A stretch of DNA of 34,713 nucleotides from Guillardia theta CCMP2712 (lineage: Eukaryota; Protista; Cryptophyta): positions 98,780 through 133,492 of the forward strand of contig NW_005434667.1 of the NCBI RefSeq assembly GCF_000315625.1. The letters are read 5' to 3'. Every line of letters starts with the position of its first letter. The stretch's first letter is position 1. Positions 22,846 through 32,597 of this stretch are shown here, piece by piece. Made by a program: the position numbers and the translations under genes. Below the pieces are notes generated by a model that saw nothing but the letters and a program-made list of their open reading frames with translations, made no database searches and had not been told where the DNA came from.

Positions 22846-24802
22846 ACTCCAGGGTTCGAAGCTTCTTCGTAGGAGATGCGGATAGCGAGAGTGCTCATGT
22901 CATGCTTGCTGTGGTCACAAAGATCAGCTCAAGCCTCCTCCACTTGTCCCACCTCCTCCTCCCCACCCTCCTCCTTGCTGATCTCCTCTCTGCCTCTCTG
23001 CCTCTCTGCCTCGTGCCTCCTGCTCTTCCTCTTCCTTTCCTTCCTGCTCCTGCTCCTGCTCCTCCCCCCCCCCCCCTCCCTCCTCCTCTTTCAACTGACC
23101 CTTGTCGCAGCTGCTCTGCGAGGGCGTCGATGTGCGCGGGGTTGAGAAGCGGCTCGTCTCCCTGCACGTTGATGACGTACTCAAACCTCCAGCTGTCCTC
23201 CAGCAGTCTCCAGCCCTCGTACACTCGCTCGGTCCCGCTCCTCCACGAGGAGCGCGTCATGACGGCTCTTCCTCCGAACGACCGCACGTGCTCCATGATC
23301 TCCTTGCTGTCTGTTGCCACCACCAGCTCCCTGCATGCTTCCGCATGCCCCGCCCTCCTCCATGTCCTCTCCAGCACCGTCTTGCCTTTGAGCTTTTCCA
23401 GCAGCTTGCCGGGGAAGCGCTGAGAGCCGAAACGAGCAGGGATGATGCAGACGATGGCCCCGTTGACCGAGCGAGGAGCAGGTTGAAAGAAGGCAGCGGA
23501 GGGGGAGAGAGGAGGGAGAAGGTCAGCGGGAGAGGGAGGGGAGGAGGTAGAGGTCAGGTGAAAGACAAACTGTCCTCCCTTCCAGGTCTCTTCCAAGACT
23601 TCTCTAAGCGCAGCATGCTCTGAAGAGGAGGGGAGGACGAAGTTGCTCGGCAGCAGTATAGGGGAGCAGCTCAGCCACCTGGAGAGGAGGAGGGAGAGCA
23701 GCTTCTGCTGCAGGGCTAGAGGAGAAGGATGAGATTGGTGGAAGACTCTGCCAACAAGTCCCTCAAGGGGGGAGGAGAAAGAAGAAGAGGCGATCTGAGA
23801 AAAATGAACTTTCTCCCACCCTGCTCCTGCTCCTGCTCCTGCTCTTGCTACTTCCCCTCGGAAGCTGAACCCAGAGGAGGAGACGAGGAAATCACATCCT
23901 TCCGTCTTGTTTGCCGCACCCTCGTCACAGATCACCTGCCAACTTTCTCATCAGCCAGCAACTTTCGCATCCTGGGACTCACGAGGTCCGTCGGCTCAGC
24001 GGTTGACGCGCTCCCTCCCGACAGGGGTTGAGCGAGCAGGCATCTCCTCTCCCTCCCCGACTCCTTCAGCCTCCTCATCGTCTCCGTCACGCTCCTTCCC
24101 CCTGGACTCGCTGCTGCCAGCACTCTCAGCATGCTGACCAGCCTGCACAGGAGGGAAGGGACCTTCTCTCCTCGTCTTTTGGCATCTTGTCGCCTCCCCC
24201 GTATGCTTCATCGCCGGCAGCTTCCACAGAGCCAGCCTGCGCGCGTGTCCGTAGTGGTTCTGCACCTTCGACTGCTCGTCCTGCCCTGCAGACAGTCGCT
24301 GTCATGCAGAGAGATGGAAGGGAACAAGGGGAATGCCGAGCAGGGGAGGGAGGGAGGGAGGGAGGGAGGGAGGGAGGGAGGGAGGGAGGGAGGGAGGGAG
24401 GAGGAGGAGGAGGAGGAGGAGGCAGTGGAGGTGTCCGACCTTTCTCGACGACCATCTCAACAGGAGCAGAAAGTTTGAAGGGAGCTTCGAGCAGGTTGAT
24501 CAGGTGCCAACCCCCGACCTTGATGTCCTGCATCATCATCGTCATCATCGTGGATATCATTGAAGGGTCGTCTCAAGAATTTGTATCATCTCTGCTCTAA
24601 TGATTTCACTCCTCACTACCATAACCACTTTCTCCTCGTCAACCTCTCACTTTCGTCGCCTTTCTCACCGGCCAATTGCTCGTAAGTTCCTCGTCAAAGT
24701 GCGAGAGGAGAAATTTCGACTTGCTCGCGTCGAAATTTTTCAAAGCCTGAGCGCACAAATCAAACATTGTAGCTAGATGAAGATAATTACAATAAGGGTG
24801 AT

Positions 24803-24867
<65 letters not shown>

Positions 24868-26167
24868 TTGTTGTTGTTGTTGTTGTTGTTGATGATGATG
24901 ATGATGATGATGATCGCATATCACCTGTACAGCGTCGAAAACAGGCAGGTGAAAGAGAGTATCACGGCAGACGATCAGATCAAAAGATCGGCCGATAGGC
25001 TCCCTGACGATATCCATTGTCTGAACCATCCACGGAAGATGAAAAGTCAAGGAACAAGTAACGTTCACAACAACAACACTCCTCTGCACCTCGAATCTCA
25101 TCTTCTTCCACTCTTTGAATTGCTTCTTGTTGTTCTCAATCAGCTCCGGAACGATGTCAACACCAACATATTCAACATTTCTCAACTCCTCCACGTGCTT
25201 CTGCATCTTGAATCAAACATGTCTCAACACACTTCACCCAAACCTGCCAGTTCAGATCCCCACAACCAGCATCCAGCACCGATGTGATGTTGTACCTGCT
25301 CTTCAGAGTTCAGTCCAAGGAACCAAAGGCTCAATCAGTCATCAACACAAGAAGTCAGCAACACAGCAAGATAGCAGGACAGGAAGACAGGCAGACAGGC
25401 AGACAGTAGGACAGGAAGTCAGCAAGACAAGAAGGCAACCGTTTTATGACGTCAGCGAGGAACGATCTTGAGGTGTTTGTACGAGATAGAAAGGAACCTG
25501 TTCGCCACATCCATATCATCGACATCTCCCCCCGTCGTTGCTCAAGGAACTACAACGAACCTGGCCCTGATCGTGATTCTCTCGTGCCTTCCAGCTCTGA
25601 ATCCCATCCGTACGTGTTGTAGACATGCTGGAACACTCGTCTCCGCTCCTCTTCCCTAATCCTGTCTTCTCCTCCGCCCTCGCTGCATGCCGACTTGAAA
25701 CTGACCCACACTGACGACCCCTCTCCCTCCACCTGCGACGGTGTTGATCAGTCCCTCATGCTAACCGTCGCTCCTACCTTCCATCCTTCCTCATCGACCA
25801 GCACAACTTCCACGAAGTGCCATTGCCCGCAGCGTCTGCCCTCCCCAAGAGGAACTTTTCCTATGAACTCGTTTCCTGCATGAGGCAGCGATTCTGACTG
25901 GACGAACACCCCGTCAAGGTAGAGGGCAAACCCTCCTCTGTATGATGAAGACGACGAGTCCTCGCCCTCTCCCACATTCCCTGCTCCGATCCTGAACTCG
26001 ACCTGACCACGTTCGTCCAGCAGCAGCTCTTCTCCCTCCTGGGGACTGATGATTCGGACAGGAGGGAGGGATACAGCGGAGGAAGCCAACTCTTCACCAA
26101 CAAGAGCATCGCAGGAGCACAGGGACAGGAGGAGGAGGAGGAGGTGATAGGGTAGCCGTACAGCCAT
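22846..26167 (-). CDS. kdsB: Fusion: signal peptide + Ig-like domain + class I SAM methyltransferase + CMP-Kdo synthetase (3-deoxy-manno-octulosonate cytidylyltransferase); 3' end lost in the gap
   Basis: KdsB motifs IIPARFGSQRFPGKLL, LVVATDSKEI, SGTERV, VINVQGDEPLL, MSTLA...EEASNPGV. MTase motifs VFQHVY..GW..SRSGPGS, SVLDAGCGDLNW, YVGVDIVPELI, DLIVCRDTLFHL, DIKVGGWHLINLLEAPFKL, RRLALW. N-terminus MAVRLPYHLLLLLLSLCSCDA. Linker introns 24162-24114 and 23982-23936 keep frame. The gene symbol applies only to the C-terminal domain. Confidence 0.8.
24802..24914. repeat. Intronic (GAT)n-(GTT)n-(GAT)n compound microsatellite
   Basis: Visible tandem trinucleotides between methyltransferase exons. 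Confidence 0.95.
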
Positions 26168-27077
26168 AGTCGTGTTCCCCCCGACACAGAATTGAGGCGG
26201 GCCCAATGACTGAGGGGGGGATTATGACTTGTGTAGAGGAGCGGTGGGGTGGGTGGGGGTGGACATTCAGGGGTACTAGGAGTAGGAAGAGGGGGTCATT
26301 GGGGACACAGGCCCCCCTCAGAATGTTTTACATTTGGATTAATAATCTGAAAGGAACCTTTGTTTTTGAAAATTCATCACTTAATTTCATGAGGACACGT
26401 CCAATAGCTCTTCCATCACATTCTTTAACCGGCAGGGTGTTTTCGATCTCATCCTTTGTACAAATTTCCAATTTTTTCTTCAATATTCCTCAGGTGATGT
26501 TGGTGTAATTACGAAATAACAATGCATAAATACGATTTTTACCAAATATTATGAAATTATTGTACCCCTTTTATAAATTCTTCAATACTAGCAGAGGACG
26601 CAGGGCGCGCGCATGCACGGAAGGGAAAAGAAATGGCATGGGAGAATGAGGAGGAGGAGGAGGAGGAGAGGAGGAGAAAAGATATTATCGTGTTAGAAGA
26701 ATGGTTTCAGGTATGATGAGGAGGAACGAAGATGAAACTGTGTCGACGTTGTGGATGGGGTGAGGCTGGAAATTTAGGATCGTGCAGAGCGCGGGAAATT
26801 TTGGCGGTGAATCGACGAGTGGATAGGCGGAAGATACAGTGGATGTTGTAGACTTGGAAGGTGGGTATGTTATAATCATCAAGAAATCCCGATTCACGAA
26901 AATCTTGTAGTGTAGTAAGTGGAGTAGCAACTTTCTGAAGGGGTTCTTGTTTTGTCACGGAGAATCCCGAGCGGTGCTTGAGTTGTCGCGCTTCTGACCG
27001 TCTCTTGCAGGCAGGAGTGTGGTAGAGCGTGGGAGAAGACCCGAGAGTGAATCAGCACGTGGACTGGCTGAGCAACG

Positions 27078-28059
27078 ATGCCTCGCTCGCCCTCACGTAG
27101 TCGATCGCCGAATCGCTCCAGCTCCAGGGGGAGGGATAGAACTAAGAGGTCTAAGTCACCTGTCTCGAGGAAGCGGGAGTCGACTCCGACGCTTGCCAAG
27201 GTCACGGTTGAGAACCTGACAAGGAATGTGGGAGAGGCTCACTTGAAGGAGATCTTCGAGTCTTTCGGCAAGATCAAGACCTCCAGCCTCGATTTCAGCG
27301 AGCGGTCCAACCTGCCCACCGGGACAGGTTTCGTGGAGTATGAGAAGCGCGAGGAGGCGGAGGAGGCAATCGCGGCCATGGATGGCTCTCAGATCGATGG
27401 GAACGTGGTCTCGGTGCGCTTCATGAGCTCGGCTCCTAAGCGAAGGGCAAGCCCTCCGAACCGTCACAGCCCCCCACGGAGAAACTCTCCTCGACAAGGT
27501 GGTGGCAGGGGCCCGCCGCCACGCAGAATGTCTCCTCCTCGCAGGGGAGGACCTCCTGGCAGGAGACCTTCACCTCCTCTCAGACGTCGCAGCCCTCCCG
27601 GTCGCAGCCCCCCTGGTCGTTATCGTGGGCCTGGAGGGCCTGGAAGGAGCCCCATCAGGAGGAGGAGCAGGAGTCCCATTCGAAGGTGTCTGTTCCTCAT
27701 AGCTGTTTGACTCCCTGACAATCTCGCAGACGAAGCCCCTCGCCCAGGGGAAGGTATCGCCCTCGACGCTCCCGCTCCCGCTCCCGCTCCCGCTCCAGAA
27801 GGTCCAGCCGTTCCAGGTCCAGGGGCAGAAGGTGATTCAACTGACCTCATGGTCTGGCGTGTGGTGAATCCTCATACTCGCAGGCGATCTCGCTCCTCCT
27901 CTCGCTCTTCTCGTTCCTCGTACTCCTCCTCCTCAAGGTCTCGATCCAGAAGCAGATCCAGGTTTGTCTCGTCGATTCGCCGGATGTTTGGTCAATGACT
28001 CGTCGTGTAGGAGAGGAAACCGTTCGAGATCTCGGTCTGGTGGAAACAAGAAGAGGTAA
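27078..28059 (+). CDS. RNPS1: RNA-binding protein with serine-rich domain 1 / SR45-like splicing factor (RRM flanked by RS/RP-rich regions)
   Basis: The RRM KVTVENLTRNVGEAHLKEIFESFGKI...NLPTGTGFVEYEKREEAEEAIAAMDGSQIDGNVVSVRF carries the RNPS1/SR45-typical LTRNV..HL.EIF and MDG.QIDG motifs. The RS/SPPRR tail continues over three short introns to TAA at 28057-28059. Confidence 0.85.
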
Positions 28060-28209
28060 ACTCTACCTTAGCTTCAAGATGACAATCAAGAAACGGAATG
28101 GAGCCGAAGATGAGACGGAACCCTCTACATTTTTCCTACTGAGACATCTATATAAAATAGTGCCAATCCCTTCGATGCGCCGTTGTGGATTGGTAGCGAA
28201 TCCCTCCCA

Positions 28210-31200
28210 TTAGATTTCCTATGAAACACGTTTGTATCATGTCACGCTGACAACAAGACTTGAGTAGCAAGCAATGTTTCCTCACCAGCTGATCGGTGTC
28301 GTCGTCGTCCAGTAGCGACGATGCCAGGGATTTGTTCTCGAAGAGCTACAGGCCGTTAGAGAAGGAAGTTGAGCATTGGCACCTTACCTTGTGCGAGAAG
28401 AAGCTACCAGCAAGCTTGTTACCAGCCAAAGGTTTCAGATTTCTGCAAGAATCTCTCACTGACAAACATGTTGCCACTTTCGACTCACAATCCATGTCTT
28501 GCGATTGCCCCTAACGCATTCAAGTTGCCTGGAGTCCCTTTCTCTTGTGCTGTACACAATGATCAGCTCTCAATATCACTTCAACAGTTTGAACCTTCAG
28601 AGCCTTGAGGCTTTTCAAGCATTGCAGCAGACGAGGGGAAGAGACCTTTCGTCGGCAATGAAGTCGTTATTCCTTCAGCTAGCGAGGTGTTGGCAGATAT
28701 CGGCCTGGCCACGTCACCGGATGGTCTGTTAGGCTCGCTCGAATTCTTTTGCGATGCGAAAGAGTAGTCTTTTCTACAGAAAATGGCATCATCCTCGTCC
28801 AAACACTCATCTTCCATGCTCTGCAGCAAAATTCTTTTCTTGTTTGGTCCAAAGTTGAAAATCTGATCTATTCGATCCAGGTGTTCCGATTTCCGCTTCT
28901 CATTAGCATGGCCTATGGGGATATTCTCTTTCAAAACTGTAGGGAATGCGCTTCGAAAGAGATTTGTCTTCAGGCCAGGCTGAGATGCGAGAGTCTTCGT
29001 CACTTCTTTTGAAGAATTAGAGGAAAGTGTCAAAGTGCAAGGTGGAAACGTTTCAGAAGCTCTGACCCCTTCAGTCTGTGACGGATCCTTTGGCACTTCC
29101 ATGCTGTGCTGAGAAGTCTCGACGTCTCCCTCACCTACACAAGAATTGCTCTGCTTTGATGGAGCCGGTTCTTGCGCTTGTTCGTCCAATTCACTCATTT
29201 CACCCCATGTGCTTCCTACACTGAATTTGATTCTCATGGGCACGTGGAGCGTCGTGCTCTCTGTCATGCCTCTGTTGATAATCTTTGTAAACTTAGGTAG
29301 TTGATCCTTCGGTAGTTCGAATACAAGCTCATCTGAAAGAGACGTCAGCTGACATTGCGTGAAACACAACCCATCGGAACTCACCATGAATTTGAAGGCA
29401 CAATCTACAAGTCTCTGCCAACCCCTGTTTCTTGAGATCCAGCAAAATGAACTTCATGGCCCTTTTGATGATGTCTGCAGCAGTGCCTTGGATCACGGTA
29501 TTTACTGCTTGTCGCTCAGCATATGCCCGTTTTGCACTGTTCTCCGGGCCATTGAGAGATATGTCTGCAAGTGGTCTTTGTCGCCCTGATAGGGTCACAG
29601 CATAACCTCTACTTTTGACAATATTTCGACAGGATGATTGAAATTCTTTGACTTTTGGGAAAGCAGAATAGAATGTTGAGATGTGTCTTGATGCTTCTTG
29701 CTCAGATAGACCTAACCTTGCTGCCAGGCTTTTACAGCCAAGCCCGTAAAGCAAGCCAAGAACCTGTATTTCAATTCAAAGGGACAGAAACAAAATGCAA
29801 AGGAGAGCGAATCCACATACCACAGTCTTGAATGTCGACCTTTCCTGTGTCGTGATGCTATCAAATGGTTTTTTCAATACATGACTTGCAATTCCTGTGT
29901 AAGGACAATTGTTTTCACTCAGCAGCTTGATCAAAGAGGGGTCATTGCAGAAATGTGCCATGATCCTTAGCTCACATTGTACGTAGTCTGCAGCCAATAA
30001 GACGTTTTCGTTCCTTGCAACAAACGCATTTCGTATGTTTAATTCCTTGGTCATGTCTTGTCTGTTTCCAAAGCGAATGGAGTCTGCCTTTGGAACGTTC
30101 TGTAAATTCGGATCTGAGCTGGACAGCCGTCCTGTGCAAGTCGAAATTTGACTCCAAGAGGAAAATATCGAGCTGACTGTATTTCCCTGTGGGCATTTCA
30201 CAGCACGATCACACAGGGGAACCACAAAGCCTTGCAGCATTTTGCAGATGTGTCCTGGCAAGAGAATATCAGTAGAGATCAGACACGGCACAGAGCAGTA
30301 CGATGTTCGAGTATGATTGCAGGTAGCGGATGAAGATTGATCAAAGATTGCAAAGTTTCTTCGTTTGTTGAGTATTGTTGATTGGCGCCTTTGAACTTCA
30401 TTGTAGAATTGTTGTTTAGATTAGGCGGTGGCAACTTTAACTCTTCAAAAAGAACAGAGCAAAGCTGTTGAGGGGAGCTTAAAAGGACGGGATGACCTAC
30501 AAGTTTTGTGGCTTCTTCCTCCAATTCGATGAGCTTCCTTTCCATCTTGCGTTTCTGATCTAATAGCTGTAGGGGAGAAAAACCAATTCCGTTCATTTCC
30601 ATGAGGCAAAGGACAAGAATGAAATCCATCTCTTCTTTTGTTGCGTTAGCCATTTCACGCATCATCAGTCGTGAATGGACCTCCTTGCCTATGGATAGGC
30701 ATGTTGAAAGGTTACCAAAAATGTTGAATTCGCTCTCAGCATCGTCTTCAGAAACATCACAATCTGGCAAATATTTGTCTGCTAATTGCGTGACATCAAT
30801 CTTATCGAAATTGCAGTCAGGGTCCATCAGCCAATGCCCTACTGATAAACAAAAGATTTCAGTTCCCAAAATGCCATGAGAATCAATTTTGGGAAGAATG
30901 TGCAGCAAACTGGCTTTGACATTGTAACTGTAAATTCGGCATTTTGTTTGTGGACTGAACACTTTCTGCAGAAAAAGAGTCCTATCCTGCAAAGTATTGT
31001 AGTATCTAATTTCGTCCCTCAACGGAACTAAGATTCGTTTCAGCTTTGGTTCCAATTTGTCTCCGGCGACGTAGAAGAGGATTGCGAGGCACGATCTTGT
31101 TTCGCTTTTTTTGTATGAGTTCCGTATATCCGTTTCAAAATTATCGTACAGAATCCCAAATGAAATCGCAGGAGACTGGTGAAAACTTTGATATATATCC

Positions 31201-32439
31201 TCGAGTCGTTCTGCACTTACCATGCCAATATTTGTGCAGAACTTGTTCAAGTCCTCCAACTGTTGCCTGATGTCAAGGTTTGGAGCTTGCGACTTGGATT
31301 TCACACTTTGTTTCTTCCCCAGAAGTTCTGTACACATTTTCTTCGTTTTTGACGAAATGTTGGGCTGGGTAGTATGATTCTTGCTATTGACTTTGTCACA
31401 TTTGGCCTTCGTATGTCCCGATTGCCCGCACTCTGAACATTTCTTCTTTGATTTTGATTTTGATTTGGAGCTTGACAGGTCTGGCGTTGAATTTTTACTT
31501 GGCACACCTGATCGTTTCGAATTATGGGAGTCTACGTTGAATGTTTCCAGATCACGTTGCATTGAAATAGAGACTGCACATCGCTCCCACGGATCGGCTG
31601 TTTGAGAGTAAACTTGGCCAAGGGTTGGCTGAAAAACGTTTGACTTGGTTGAAGACGCATTTGCAGCATTGCGGAAGACATCTTCGTAGTGGTTAGACGG
31701 CAACTCTATCAAGTCTCTGTCAACATGGTCTGTCTCATTTTGCATTTCATCATTATCGGGTAATCCTTCCAAGTTTGAGGCCTTTGCGGCAACATCACTA
31801 ATTTCTTGGCCTGCATTGAACTAAAATCAAGGATGTGCAAGTGTTGAACATGTCAAAACAGATGGAGTGAGCAAAGGAAGAGAAATGAAGAATTCTGCAT
31901 CTGTGTTCTAGAACAGAGACTCACATTCATCGCCATCGCTGGCTGCATGTTCTTCATCCGACTCGTCTTCCGATATGTCGAAGTTGGGGATTATGCTCTG
32001 AGATCTGGATGCATGCTGCTGAGAGCTCGAGCTCGACGCCTTGGAGTTTGAAAGCTCCTGACTGCCCGCAGATCCTGCACATGGAGTGTCAGGAAGAATC
32101 ATGACGTTGTTGATCACCATTGACACGAAAGAAGGCAGATGCCGCATCCTCGAGCCGTTGAGAGCAGTTGTTGTCTTGGAACAAGGAGGAATGGAACTCT
32201 ATCGAAGAATACTTCTCCAACCCCTGCCAGTCTCTAAAGAACGTCGATCGGAAGTGGTTCGGATCCGGCGGACGAGGTTTCCAACGGAAGCATGTCATTA
32301 CAGCAAGCTGCGTCGCGGAATGTGCTCAGCAGGAGTACGAGATTATGTTGAAGAATGGTTGCGCTCGTGGACCTCTCACCATGTTGCATCCGCTTCTAGC
32401 ATGTCCCTTGCCTCCCGCTCTGCCGCCATCATCTCCCAT
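28210..32439 (-). CDS. Family A DNA polymerase (Pol nu/theta-like polymerase domain, no helicase) with an N-terminal CCHC zinc knuckle and a low-complexity C-terminal tail
   Basis: Thumb motifs LSSPQQLCSVLFEELKL, YSTNEETLQSL..LHPLPAIILEHR and TCTGRLSSSDPNLQNVPK. Motif A LLAADYVQCELRIMAHF. Motif B RSTFKTV|VLGLLYGLG. AERQAVNTVIQGTAADIIK. Motif C LQIH|DELVFE. Multi-exon. The start (32439 or 32471) and the terminal exons are less certain. Confidence 0.9.
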
Positions 32440-32597
32440 TCTTCGCTCCCCTGCCCCCCTGCCGCCGACATGCAAAGCAGAAAAGCGCGCGAAACTTTAT
32501 CGGAAGAACCCTGTGCGAAAGAGGGCGATGAAACACATATGCGGGGATGAGGGTAAATAAGTGACCCCTGTGATTGGACTCGGTCGCCAGGTTGGCG

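Noticed and set aside
12074-26167. Bacterial contamination or a bacterial operon, given the kdsB, RelA/SpoT-like and PBP-like domains
   Set aside because: These genes contain spliceosomal introns with host-type microsatellites and are interleaved with eukaryote-specific genes (F-BAR, RNPS1).
26635-27077. Possible upstream coding exons of RNPS1
   Set aside because: I could not establish a consistent spliced frame into the ATG at 27078. More likely 5' UTR with introns.
31398-31439. Zinc knuckle as evidence of a retrotransposon gag
   Set aside because: It lies within the continuous polymerase exon. No protease, RT, integrase or LTRs are nearby.
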